Shown one piece after another: positions 47,663-57,525 of a stretch of DNA of 64,000 nt. The notes beneath the pieces are model-generated. The model searched no databases and was not told where the DNA came from. It was given only the letters and a program-made list of their open reading frames with translations. Where the stretch lies: the NCBI GenBank assembly GCA_041615815.1, contig JBFJCP010000007.1:32001-96000 (forward strand). Reading direction: 5' to 3'. The position numbers and the translations under genes are program-made. The stretch comes from Gemmatimonadales bacterium (GTDB lineage: Bacteria; Gemmatimonadota; Gemmatimonadetes; Gemmatimonadales; GWC2-71-9). Each line of letters starts with the position of its first letter. The stretch's first letter is position 1.

Positions 47663-49057
47663 GTGGCCAACAACTACGACGTGATTGTGCTTGGCGGCGG
47701 CCCCGCCGGATACGTATGCGCGATCCGGGCCGCTCAGCTCGGTCTCTCCACTGCCGTGGTCGAACGAGACAAGCTGGGAGGTGTGTGCGTGAACGTCGGA
47801 TGCATTCCGAGTAAGGCTCTGCTGCATTCCGCCTATGTCGCAAACCTCCTGAATCACGACGCCGAACAGCTCGGCGTGACGGCAAAGGACGTGTCCCTCG
47901 ATCTCGGACGCGCCGTCAAACACTCACGTCAGGTGAGCGAGCAGAACTCGAAGGGCGTCGAGTTCCTGATGAAGAAGAACAAGGTGACGGTCCTCGCCGG
48001 CACGGGGGTCCTGCAGACGGGCCGCAACATCAAGGTTGGGAACGAGACATACCACGCGACCAAGGCACTCGTGATCGCCACCGGCACGCGGGTGAAGGGA
48101 CTTCCCCAGGCGGGCCTCGAGCTCAACAAAACCACCGTGATCTCCTCGGATGAGGCACTCTTCCTCGGTTCCGCACCCGCGTCGCTCGCCGTTGTCGGTG
48201 CCGGGGCCGTAGGCGTGGAGTTCGCGGACATCTTCAATGCGTTCGGCAGCAAGGTCACCCTCATCGAAGTTCTGCCACGCATACTTCCGGTGGAGGACGC
48301 CGAGGCGTCCGCCACGCTCACCAAGATCTACAAGAAGCGCGGCATCGACGTGATGGCCGGCGCAAAGGTCAAGAGCGCCAAGGTGAAGCCAAAGGGCGTG
48401 GCGCTGGAGATCGAGAGCGATGGGAAGACGCAGAAGCTGGAAGTCGAGAAGGTGCTCATGGCAGCCGGCCGGGCCCTCAACGTCGACAATATGGGCTTCG
48501 ACGCCGCCGGCGTTGGACTGGATGACCGTGGATTCGTCAAAGTTGATGACCAGCTCCGCACCACCGCTGACGGTATCTTCTGCATCGGCGACGTGGCGGG
48601 CCCACCCATGCTCGCTCACAAAGGGAGTCGGGATGGGGTCTTCGTCGCCGAACTCATCGCCGGGAAGCGACCCCATGCTATCAAGTACGATAACATTCCT
48701 AGCGTCACGTACTGCCACCCAGAGGTCGCGAGTATCGGGCTCACCGAGGAGCAATGCAAAGCGAAGAAGCTCGACTTCGTAGTCGGGAAGTTCGCCCTGA
48801 GCAACAACGGGCGTGCCCGCGCTGCCATGGAAACCGACGGATTCGTCAAGATCCTGCGCGATAAGCGATACGGGGAGATCCTCGGCGCCCATATCGTAGC
48901 GTCACACGCCAGCGAGCTGATTCATGAGCTCACGGTGGCGCGAGAGAACGAATACACGGTGGAAGAAGTGGACCTCGCCGTCCACGCCCATCCGACGCTT
49001 TCGGAGGCGGTGGCCGAAGCGGCGCTCGATTCGTTGGGACGGGTGATCCACGCCTAG
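47663..49057 (+). CDS. lpdA: Dihydrolipoyl dehydrogenase
   Basis: GGGPAG, GGVCVNVGCIPSK, HPTLSE. Confidence 0.96.
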   Translation: MANNYDVIVLGGGPAGYVCAIRAAQLGLSTAVVERDKLGGVCVNVGCIPSKALLHSAYVANLLNHDAEQLGVTAKDVSLDLGRAVKHSRQVSEQNSKGVEFLMKKNKVTVLAGTGVLQTGRNIKVGNETYHATKALVIATGTRVKGLPQAGLELNKTTVISSDEALFLGSAPASLAVVGAGAVGVEFADIFNAFGSKVTLIEVLPRILPVEDAEASATLTKIYKKRGIDVMAGAKVKSAKVKPKGVALEIESDGKTQKLEVEKVLMAAGRALNVDNMGFDAAGVGLDDRGFVKVDDQLRTTADGIFCIGDVAGPPMLAHKGSRDGVFVAELIAGKRPHAIKYDNIPSVTYCHPEVASIGLTEEQCKAKKLDFVVGKFALSNNGRARAAMETDGFVKILRDKRYGEILGAHIVASHASELIHELTVARENEYTVEEVDLAVHAHPTLSEAVAEAALDSLGRVIHA

Positions 49058-49073
49058 TACCACGCAGGACCCC

Positions 49074-49463
49074 GTGGGCACGGCGGTCGCGAGCATTGCC
49101 GCCGGCGCCACCGCCGGTGGCGCCATCATGACGATGGGTGTACTCGTGCTTCGCGTCCTCCAGACAGGGATCACGAATCCCGTCACCTTGGACGTTGGGT
49201 TCGCTGTCCTCACCGCCGCAGTCGCCGGCGGAATCATCACGGCTGTCGTGAGTGGCTGGTCGTTGGCCCGTGCCATTCACGATCCATGGCGTCGTGGCGT
49301 CATTGCCGCGCTGGCAGGATTCGGAGGAAGTGTGCTCGCGGTGTTGGCCACGCCTGCCGACGTGGCCGGTGGACGAGTGGGCCTCACGATCTACCTGCTG
49401 CTCCTCCTGGCCCTGGCTTTCGTCGCGTTTCGGGCTGCCAAACGCGCCGGTGCCCGTGAGTAG
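49074..49463 (+). CDS. Hypothetical membrane protein (~4 TM)
   Basis: Hydrophobic ORF filling the lpdA-lipB gap. Confidence 0.7.
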   Translation: MGTAVASIAAGATAGGAIMTMGVLVLRVLQTGITNPVTLDVGFAVLTAAVAGGIITAVVSGWSLARAIHDPWRRGVIAALAGFGGSVLAVLATPADVAGGRVGLTIYLLLLLALAFVAFRAAKRAGARE

Positions 49464-50145
49464 GCAGCTCGCGGTGATCGGGCTCGGCCGTATGGACTAC
49501 GGCGAGGCCCTCGAGCTGCAGCGTTCGCTCGCCCGGGCGCGGATCGCAAAGACCCAACCGCAGGATCTGCTTCTGCTCGTGGAACACCCCCCAGTCGTCA
49601 CTCTCGGCCGCACATTTCGCCCGCAACATCTTTCCACGCCGCACGACGCCCTTGCCGCGCGAGGGGTGGAAGTGTTCGAGATCGAACGCGGTGGCGATGT
49701 GACGTATCACGGCCCCGGGCAACTCGTGGGGTACCCTATCTTCGACCTCACCGAGCACAAACAGGATCTGCACTGGTTTCTGCGGCAGATCGAACAGGGC
49801 ATCATCCTTGCCCTCGACCACCTCGGACTTTCGGCCCGCCGCAACGCCCCGCATACCGGTGTGTGGATCGAGAATCGCAAGATCGCGAGCATCGGGATCC
49901 ACGTGAAACAATGGGTCACGTGGCACGGTTTTGCGCTCAACGTCACGACCGATCTCAGTTACTTCGATCTCATGATCCCGTGTGGGATTCCCGAAGTCGT
50001 GATGACGAGCGTGGCCCGCGAGCTAGGGGAACGGACGCCGCGCGACGTGTGGGGACGCGCGCTGGAGAGTGCGGTGCTGGGGTTCGCAGAGGTGTTTGGT
50101 TTTGAACCGCAAATGATGGGGCTCGAGGAGGTACGAGGACACTGA
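49456..50145 (+). CDS. lipB: Octanoyltransferase
   Basis: EHPPVVTLG, RGGDVTYHGPGQ, KIASIG, HGFALN, PCG. Confidence 0.95.
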   Translation: MSRQLAVIGLGRMDYGEALELQRSLARARIAKTQPQDLLLLVEHPPVVTLGRTFRPQHLSTPHDALAARGVEVFEIERGGDVTYHGPGQLVGYPIFDLTEHKQDLHWFLRQIEQGIILALDHLGLSARRNAPHTGVWIENRKIASIGIHVKQWVTWHGFALNVTTDLSYFDLMIPCGIPEVVMTSVARELGERTPRDVWGRALESAVLGFAEVFGFEPQMMGLEEVRGH

Positions 50146-50310
50146 GCAGCGAGAATCCAGAACGGGCTCTCCCATCCAGACTGAGGCGGCGGCTGCTCGA
50201 CACTCAACACGTGGCCATCCGCATTCCCAACTCGCGGCTCCACTTCCGGACGTTGGACAACTTGCGACTAATTGACCACGACATGCGGCACGCTGCCCCC
50301 CCGCGCCGTT

Positions 50311-51681
50311 CTATCTCCCCCCCTGCCCCATCAGCTCGAAGAAGCGCCCGAACACCCGCACGCCCTTCCAGACTTGTTGGATGTTGATCTTTTCGTTGGG
50401 CGCGTGGAGCCGGTCGTCCGGAAGGCCCACGCCGGCCAGCACGACCGCGGCGCCGCCTTTGCCGAGGGCCGGCACCACGGGTATCGATCCGCCCGAGCGC
50501 GTGGGCACGACGCCACGCCCCTCCACTTCTTGGAACGCCTTGTCGATGAGTTCGAAGACCGGCGTGCCGATATCCACGAGTACCGGGTCCGCACCGTGGA
50601 GAAACCGGACGGTGACATCGGCATAGGGCGGCGCCGCGGTGTCCACGGCGTGCATCAACTGCTCCTGCACGACCTTTTCCCGTTGATTGGGAACGAGGCG
50701 GAGGCTCACCTTGGCCGTGGCCACCGCGGGGATGACGGTCTTCGCGCCCTCGCCCATGAACCCTCCCACGATGCCGTGGATCTCAAACGTCGGGAGAGCC
50801 CAGATGCGCTCGAGCACCGAGTGTCCGGTGAGCCCCGTGAGTGCATGGCCCCTCACCTCGTGCTCGAGGAATTGCTGTTCGTCGAACGGCAACTGCTGCC
50901 AGGCTGCCTGCTCGTCCTCTCCCGGGGCTTGGACGGCGTCGTACAGTCCGGGAATGCGAATCCTGCCATCGGGAGACTTGAGCTTGGCGAGGAGCCCCAC
51001 CAGGGTTTCCAGCGCGTTCGGCGCGACACCGCCGTAGAGACCGGAGTGGAGGTCGCCCTCCAACGTGCGCACCGTGATCTCGGCGTAGCAGAGTCCGCGG
51101 AGGCCTACTTCCACGGCCGGCCATCCGGGAGCGAAGTACGGCATGTCGGCGATGAGTACTGCGTCACCGTGGACCAGCTCGGGACGGCGGCTCAAGAGAT
51201 CGAACAACACACCGCTGCCGGACTCCTCCTGCCCTTCCACCAAGAAGCGGACGTTCACCGGCGGATCACCGTCGCGCGCCACGGCTTCGAACGCCTTGAC
51301 GATCGAGAAGACCTGTCCCTTGTCGTCGGTAGCTCCGCGAGCCACGAGATCCCCGTTCCGTTCCGTTGGCTCAAACGGCGGGGTCTCCCAGAGGTCCAGC
51401 GGGTCGGCGGGTTGGACGTCATAATGCCCGTAGACGATGACCGTGGGTGCGCCAGGTACCGGGGGTCCCTCGGCTACGACGACGGGGTGCGTCTCGCTTC
51501 CCAACAGTTCGACGTGACCGCATCCGAGAGAGCGAAGATGATCAGCCAACCATTCCGCCGCCCGTTTACAGTCGGCCGCATGCTCCGGCGTCGTCGACAC
51601 ACTTGGTATGCGGAGAAATTCCTTCAATTCTCCGAGCATTCGTTTTCGCGCGGAGCGCACGAAAGGGTCGAGTCCGCTCAT
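50311..51681 (-). CDS. M20 family dipeptidase
   Basis: YGHYDVQP, RGATDDKGQ, EESGS, HAPNE. Confidence 0.93.
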   Translation of the reverse strand: MSGLDPFVRSARKRMLGELKEFLRIPSVSTTPEHAADCKRAAEWLADHLRSLGCGHVELLGSETHPVVVAEGPPVPGAPTVIVYGHYDVQPADPLDLWETPPFEPTERNGDLVARGATDDKGQVFSIVKAFEAVARDGDPPVNVRFLVEGQEESGSGVLFDLLSRRPELVHGDAVLIADMPYFAPGWPAVEVGLRGLCYAEITVRTLEGDLHSGLYGGVAPNALETLVGLLAKLKSPDGRIRIPGLYDAVQAPGEDEQAAWQQLPFDEQQFLEHEVRGHALTGLTGHSVLERIWALPTFEIHGIVGGFMGEGAKTVIPAVATAKVSLRLVPNQREKVVQEQLMHAVDTAAPPYADVTVRFLHGADPVLVDIGTPVFELIDKAFQEVEGRGVVPTRSGGSIPVVPALGKGGAAVVLAGVGLPDDRLHAPNEKINIQQVWKGVRVFGRFFELMGQGGR

Positions 51682-51759
51682 ACGCGCTAATATACCCCAC
51701 TTGCCTGCGTTGCGTATTTTGCGAAATTGTCAGCCGTCCCCTGGTCCAAGGACTCACGC

Positions 51760-53028
51760 ATGTCCACCTCCGTGGCACCCCGACGTCAGACGTTGAACAT
51801 TGGCCAGATCGTCATCAATCAGCTCGATCGGGCGGCGGATCTGATCGGGCTCGAGGATTATTTGCGCCAAATGCTCACCATGCCATTTCGGTCGGTGTCG
51901 GTCGGAGTACCTGTCCGAATGGATGACGGCGAGATCCACGTGCTACGGGGTTATCGCGTGCAACACAACGGGGCACGCGGCCCGTGCAAGGGGGGTGTCC
52001 GCTACCATCCGGAGGCGGATGAGGAGGAAGTGTTGGGCCTCGCCACAACCATGACATGGAAGACTGCGCTCATGCAGATTCCATTTGGCGGTGCCAAGGG
52101 CGGTGTTCAGGTGGACTCTCGCAAGCTCTCCATTCGCGAAAAAGAGGCGGTGACCCGCAGCTTCACGAGCCGCATCGCCATCGTGCTGGGGCCCTACCGG
52201 GACATTCCGGCGCCCGACATGGGCACCGATCAGCAGGTGATGGCTTGGATGCTCGACGAGTATTCCAAGCGCAAGGGATACTCCCCCGCGTGCGTCACCG
52301 GCAAGCCGCTATCGCTCGGCGGGTCACTTGGCCGCGAGGAGGCGACGGGACGGGGTGTTTGGTACGCCATGCGGGAATATGGGAACGATTATGGCATTCC
52401 CATCAAGGGCTCCCGGACCGTGATCCAGGGTTTCGGGAACGTGGGCGCCCATCTCGCCCAGTTTCTCTACGAAGACGGTGCCAAGGTCACGGCGGTGAGC
52501 GACGCCGACGGTGGGCTCCACAATGAAGACGGCATCGACATTCCCAATCTGTTTCACCACTCCTACGTCGAGCGCAAACCGGTCTCCGAATTTCCCGGTG
52601 GTGACGCCATCACCAATCGGGACCTATGGAAGGTCGCGTGTGACTGGTTGGTGCCAGCAGCGATCGGAGGGGTCATCAGCAAGGAGCAGAACGCAAGCAC
52701 GGTGGATTGTCGCGTCGTCGTCGAAGCCGCCAATAGCCCGGTGACGTCCATTGCGGATCGTATTCTCGAGGACCGTGGGATCCCCGTGCTCCCGGACTTC
52801 CTGGTGAACGCGGGTGGTGTCATCGTCAGCTACTTCGAGTGGGTGCAAAACCTCCAGCAACATCCCTGGTCAATCGATCAGGTCAAGGACGGATTACTGC
52901 GTCGCATGACGACCGCGTACACTGCCGTGCGGGACCTCGTTGAGGAAAAAGACGTGCCCTGGCGCACTGCTGCGTACATGATTGCGCTGGCCAGGGTGGC
53001 CGAGGCGGAGCGACTCCGAGGGCACTGA
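51760..53028 (+). CDS. gdhA: Glu/Leu/Phe/Val dehydrogenase (glutamate dehydrogenase type)
   Basis: KGGVRY, GGAKGG, APD, VTGKP...GREEATG, QGFGNVG. Confidence 0.9.
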   Translation: MSTSVAPRRQTLNIGQIVINQLDRAADLIGLEDYLRQMLTMPFRSVSVGVPVRMDDGEIHVLRGYRVQHNGARGPCKGGVRYHPEADEEEVLGLATTMTWKTALMQIPFGGAKGGVQVDSRKLSIREKEAVTRSFTSRIAIVLGPYRDIPAPDMGTDQQVMAWMLDEYSKRKGYSPACVTGKPLSLGGSLGREEATGRGVWYAMREYGNDYGIPIKGSRTVIQGFGNVGAHLAQFLYEDGAKVTAVSDADGGLHNEDGIDIPNLFHHSYVERKPVSEFPGGDAITNRDLWKVACDWLVPAAIGGVISKEQNASTVDCRVVVEAANSPVTSIADRILEDRGIPVLPDFLVNAGGVIVSYFEWVQNLQQHPWSIDQVKDGLLRRMTTAYTAVRDLVEEKDVPWRTAAYMIALARVAEAERLRGH

Positions 53029-53053
53029 GCCAGACGGGGGTTAGCGCCGCGGC

Positions 53054-54226
53054 TCAGGGATTTGTCTGGGGACTATTGCGTGTCCCTGCGTCTGTGCCTT
53101 CCGCGCCGGTCAACCTCGCCACGAGCGTAAAGGGATCGACGTCTCGATCGTCACGGACCGCGACGACGATCCGTTGCGTGGCCTCCCGAATGTCCCGGTC
53201 ATGCTCATCAAAGAGGCTGTCGAACATTTCGAGTTGTTGTCGATAGATTCTGGCGGCGTACACGGCGGCGTTGTTGAGAGGCCGCCGAGCAAGCCACTCC
53301 GCAGGATACACCTCCAGTTCTCCACCGAGCGAATCACGCAGCACTCCGCGGGCTCGCTCGAACACCACCTCACGCTCCTCGAGCACGACGGCTTCGGGAC
53401 TCCCGTGGGCGTACAGCGTTTGGAGCTCACCGGTGAGCCACCGGTAGAAGCGCCCCAGTCGAATCTCGTCACGCCATCGGGCAGCCGCCCGGGCCGCCGC
53501 ATTCGAGTCGCCACGGCTCAGAAAGAACCGCTCCGCGCCCAGGTATCCCACGAAAGACGCAAAGCTCTCATTGAACTCCGTGGCGCTCGGAACGTACAGA
53601 GTGTTGTGGGCGATCTCGTGGATCACGGTAGCCACGAGCCACACGGGATCGTCGCTCAACGCCGTGGACAGGAGTGGGTCGTTGAACCAACCCAGTGTCG
53701 AAAACGCCCCCGATGTACGCAGATAGGTGTCGAAACCTCGGGTTTCGAGGGCGGTGGCAGCGGCCCGGCCGGCGTCGGCATCGAAGAACCCTTTGTACGG
53801 CACGGCGCCGACGATCGGATACCGCCAGATATAGGGTGCGAGCTCCGTCCGCGGGCTCGCCGTGAGCACCAATACGAGCGTGTCACGGCCCACTTCCGTA
53901 AATGTGGTGAAGGTTTCGCCGGGATCGAGGTCCAGCGAATCCGCCGCGAAGCCCCGCGCATCGAGAACGAGTCGAAACTGTGCCCGGCGTGACGCGGCAA
54001 CCGTGGAATCCGCCACCAAACGTTCGAGCGAGCGGCGCTTCAGCAGGATTCTGGCTTCCTCGTACCCCGCCCGGAGGAGGAATTTGGCCTCCCGGCTGAC
54101 CATCGCGACCACGACTCCCAGAAGCAGGATGCCGCCCAGCCCGGCGGCCAACCACCGCCGCCATCCCCATCGTCGCCCACGTCCGGCCACACGTTCCCTA
54201 CGTTCCACGTCGTGCTCTGCGTTCAC
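53054..54226 (-). CDS. Putative zinc aminopeptidase, N-terminally anchored
   Basis: [20 protein letters not shown]...FNESFA. Confidence 0.82.
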   Translation of the reverse strand: MNAEHDVERRERVAGRGRRWGWRRWLAAGLGGILLLGVVVAMVSREAKFLLRAGYEEARILLKRRSLERLVADSTVAASRRAQFRLVLDARGFAADSLDLDPGETFTTFTEVGRDTLVLVLTASPRTELAPYIWRYPIVGAVPYKGFFDADAGRAAATALETRGFDTYLRTSGAFSTLGWFNDPLLSTALSDDPVWLVATVIHEIAHNTLYVPSATEFNESFASFVGYLGAERFFLSRGDSNAAARAAARWRDEIRLGRFYRWLTGELQTLYAHGSPEAVVLEEREVVFERARGVLRDSLGGELEVYPAEWLARRPLNNAAVYAARIYRQQLEMFDSLFDEHDRDIREATQRIVVAVRDDRDVDPFTLVARLTGAEGTDAGTRNSPQTNP

Positions 54227-55134
54227 AGCGTCAACCGTAGGCCAAATCGGTGTGCCGGCTCCCGTAACAGGTCATCCTGCCGGTATGCATAGTCGAGGTT
54301 GAACCGCGGGAAGGTAAACGTGGCGCCATACGTGGCCGCTGAGAACTGCGACATCGTGGGTCGAGAGCTCCACGCCAACCGGCCAACGACGCCGATCTTG
54401 CTTCCCAAGACGACGCCCGCCTCGCCGCCCAACACGAGTCTCGCGGATTCGTCTTCGGGCCATTGCACCTCGAGCACCGAGAGCAGTCGGAAGGATTCCT
54501 GTGGATCGACGTAGTTCATGGTGAATCCCAGACGCGACAGGCTGGGCATGTCGGGCACGGGATCGTCCCAATTCCCGCCAATGTTCTGGCGTGAGAACCC
54601 GATCGCCATGATGTCGAAGAAGGCGATGGCGAGACCGGCATCGGCGCTCAGCCCGGTTTGGATCAATGTGTCCAGCCTGTTGCGGAGCACCTTGGCGCTG
54701 CCGCCGAGCGCGATGAGGCCGAATCGATAGACCAATGCGCCGACTCCCAGAAACTCGCGGGCACGCGCACCGGCCGTGACCGGAACACCGAAGAGCGCCG
54801 GGGTCGACCCGAGATCAGCGTACTCGAATCCGAATCCGACGTCGAACTGACGCAGCCGCCATGCCAACGCGCCGGCGGCCACATAGGCGTCCGATGGTGC
54901 GGTGCGGAAGGCTCCCTCGATGGCGATATGCCGGATCGTCGCCAGGCCGGCCGGATTCGAAAACACCGCACCGGCGTCGCCCACCAAGGCCGCGCCGGCG
55001 CCGTTGAGCCCTGCGTGCCGTACCGACACCGGTGTGCGAAACAGAATCGCGGGAAGGCTGTCAGCCTGGGCGGCGGGCGCAGGAGATGGCCACACCACGC
55101 CAAGCGCGGCGCCGACGGCCAGGAGGGTCTTCAC
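54223..55134 (-). CDS. Outer-membrane beta-barrel protein (PorV/FadL-like)
   Basis: Signal peptide; [13 protein letters not shown]; alternating strands; C-term DYAY...HRFGLRLTL. Confidence 0.7.
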   Translation of the reverse strand: MKTLLAVGAALGVVWPSPAPAAQADSLPAILFRTPVSVRHAGLNGAGAALVGDAGAVFSNPAGLATIRHIAIEGAFRTAPSDAYVAAGALAWRLRQFDVGFGFEYADLGSTPALFGVPVTAGARAREFLGVGALVYRFGLIALGGSAKVLRNRLDTLIQTGLSADAGLAIAFFDIMAIGFSRQNIGGNWDDPVPDMPSLSRLGFTMNYVDPQESFRLLSVLEVQWPEDESARLVLGGEAGVVLGSKIGVVGRLAWSSRPTMSQFSAATYGATFTFPRFNLDYAYRQDDLLREPAHRFGLRLTL

Positions 55135-55141
55135 CGCTCGA

Positions 55142-57313
55142 TCACCGAATCCGAACCACGTTGAGCCTCGGAACGACGCTGGGAGCGATGGTGCCACCGC
55201 CGGGATCGGTGAACTGAAGCGTGAAGCCGCGCTGCGTCGCGACCTGGACGACGCGGAGATAATCCCCGGAGCCAGACCGCAACGTGCCCAGCAATTCGAA
55301 AGTCCCGCCGATCACTGAATCGGGCACCAGGGGGAATGGGCGATCGAAATTCCCGGGGTCCTGCTGATTGAGCGAGCCGTAGGTGGTGCGAAATGCCCAG
55401 GTGTCGTAGCGCAGTCGAGCGGGCGGCGTGAAGTTGGGCAGATCCGACACATAGTTGGCAAGGAACCATTGGGCGAGGAGGGGACCGATGGACTCGCCGG
55501 TCGCATTCTCGATGTTGCCGGCGCCGGTAAACGGCGTCTCCGAGAGTCGACGAACCACGTTGGCTCCGAACTGATCCACCACCCACCGAAGGAACAGCCA
55601 CGCAGCTCCTCGCTCCTCGAGCGTTCCTGTCCCGTCGCCGAACAGGGTGAATTCGAAACCGGGATCTTGCAGATAGAGGAACGCGTTGAACAGGTTGCCG
55701 ATGGCGAAGCGGGAGAACGACGTATCGTCACCCAGCGCCAAAAAATGAAACGCCGCCAGTTCCTCCGCCAGGTGTGACATCGCTTCGTTGAGCCACAAGA
55801 CTTCCGAATTCCCCCGACCCAACAACACGTGCTGATAGTAGCTGATCATGTGCTGCAACTCATGCGTGAATGTCACTGGCACGAGGCGGCGGATCCGCTC
55901 CACCGAATGTGCGCAAGTGACGGATCCGGCGGGGTCGGCGGTCAGCGAGTAGAATACCTCGGCCTGGTTGGACCGCTCGTCATTCCGGAAAGCCGGATCC
56001 ACGTCCAGCGCAAAGAAGAAGCCCGTGATCACCGCGGCTTCACACTCCGCAGTCGGTGTCAGGCCATTCACGACCGGCGTCATGAGAATGACCACCCGTC
56101 CATTACGGTCCACGTCCGACTCGGCGCCGAATGCGAGCGCGTTCACCTCGTACAGATCTTGGTCGAAGGTCCGCCCCAAGGCCATGAAATCCGCATCCGA
56201 CAGCCCGCCTGATGGCGCGTTGAGATCCTGGTAAATGACCGCATGCTCGCCAACGTATTTGACCTCTGCCGTAACGCTTGAGAAGTCACCTGTCTGATTG
56301 CAGGTGATCACATTGCAGACACGGAAGTTCCGGCGATCACCAAGCGCCGGCCCCGCCGCCGCGAGCGGCGCAACGTCCTGACGCAGGGGGGGTTTGGGAA
56401 CGAGCGCGAGCTCCCGCTCGCGCTCGCGGAGCATGTCGTGGAACCGAATGTTGAACGGGAGGGGTGTACGGCGCCGGGGTTGCCGAACGGTCACGGTGAC
56501 GACGGAATCGCCCCGCAACCGATACGCCGCACTCACACCGGGAGCGCCCGTGACTCCCTGCGGGGCGAAGAGATACTCTGCACCGTTCACGCCGGCATCG
56601 GGAAACGTGGCGCATCCGCCGAGCACGGCGGGGTCGATCGACGCGTAGTCGCCCACCGCTAGCTGCACGGGGGCGGCCGACGCTTGATACGTGCCGCTGA
56701 TCGTATTGGACACTGCCAGATCGATGCGGGCACGAAGATCGATCGTGCCGGGGACCAGGCAGATCGGGACCACGGCAGAGGCACTGGTTCCATCGCCGGC
56801 CACGGACAGCACGCGGGCGGGGGTCGCGCCGAACTCCAGGACGACCGACCCAATCAGATTGGTTCCGTCCACTTGAACGATGTCACCACCGGTGAACGTA
56901 CTGGGCGTCACCGCGGTCAGTTGGGGCGGGTCGGTGGCCGTCGCCGTGAACTCGACGGTGCGATTCCGGTTGTTCGCCAGCGTCGCCCGGACCGCATAGC
57001 TGCCCGTGGCGGGACCGAGCGTGAGCCCCACCTCGGCCCGCCCGGTTCCGTCGGCCACCGTGACCGCATTGGAGAGGGATGCACCGGTCCCAGTCGTGAC
57101 GGTCCACTCCACCTGGCCGCGCGGCGCTACGGCGCCATCTTCGGCGCGCACGATGACCGCCAGTGGACTCGCGAGGCGCGCCCCGGCGGGGGCGCGCTGA
57201 GCATCCGTGGCGGCCACCACCTCGAGGTTGTCGGGGATCGGAAGATCGACACCGTCGCCGCCACACGCCATGCCGAGCGAAGCGGCTCCCATCCAGAACG
57301 TCAGTTTTCGCAA
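55142..57313 (-). CDS. Lipoprotein with Ig-like/IPT domains and zinc metallopeptidase domain (M30-like)
   Basis: Lipobox LGMAC; Ig/IPT-like segments; HELQH...WLNEAMS. Confidence 0.8.
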   Translation of the reverse strand: MRKLTFWMGAASLGMACGGDGVDLPIPDNLEVVAATDAQRAPAGARLASPLAVIVRAEDGAVAPRGQVEWTVTTGTGASLSNAVTVADGTGRAEVGLTLGPATGSYAVRATLANNRNRTVEFTATATDPPQLTAVTPSTFTGGDIVQVDGTNLIGSVVLEFGATPARVLSVAGDGTSASAVVPICLVPGTIDLRARIDLAVSNTISGTYQASAAPVQLAVGDYASIDPAVLGGCATFPDAGVNGAEYLFAPQGVTGAPGVSAAYRLRGDSVVTVTVRQPRRRTPLPFNIRFHDMLRERERELALVPKPPLRQDVAPLAAAGPALGDRRNFRVCNVITCNQTGDFSSVTAEVKYVGEHAVIYQDLNAPSGGLSDADFMALGRTFDQDLYEVNALAFGAESDVDRNGRVVILMTPVVNGLTPTAECEAAVITGFFFALDVDPAFRNDERSNQAEVFYSLTADPAGSVTCAHSVERIRRLVPVTFTHELQHMISYYQHVLLGRGNSEVLWLNEAMSHLAEELAAFHFLALGDDTSFSRFAIGNLFNAFLYLQDPGFEFTLFGDGTGTLEERGAAWLFLRWVVDQFGANVVRRLSETPFTGAGNIENATGESIGPLLAQWFLANYVSDLPNFTPPARLRYDTWAFRTTYGSLNQQDPGNFDRPFPLVPDSVIGGTFELLGTLRSGSGDYLRVVQVATQRGFTLQFTDPGGGTIAPSVVPRLNVVRIR

Positions 57314-57462
57314 GGTGTTAGCCTCCTCTGCGGCGGCCCGGTCTGGACCTCGGAAACCGCCAATGCCGTCCCGAAAACCGGCCCGTGGTCGCGCCCGGTC
57401 GGAGTCCCGGGGCGCGGGGCAAAACCCGTGTAAGTTATTATTCTACACCTGGATACGTCGTT

Positions 57463-57491
57463 TTGACAACGGCCATGAGCTACGGTAGCTT
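57463..57491 (+). promoter_or_regulatory. sigma70-type promoter for dnaE
   Basis: TTGACA(57463-57468)-17 nt-TAGCTT(57486-57491). Confidence 0.7.
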
Positions 57492-57525
57492 ACGACGAAG
57501 TTGCCACCCACAACCCGGCCGGTGC

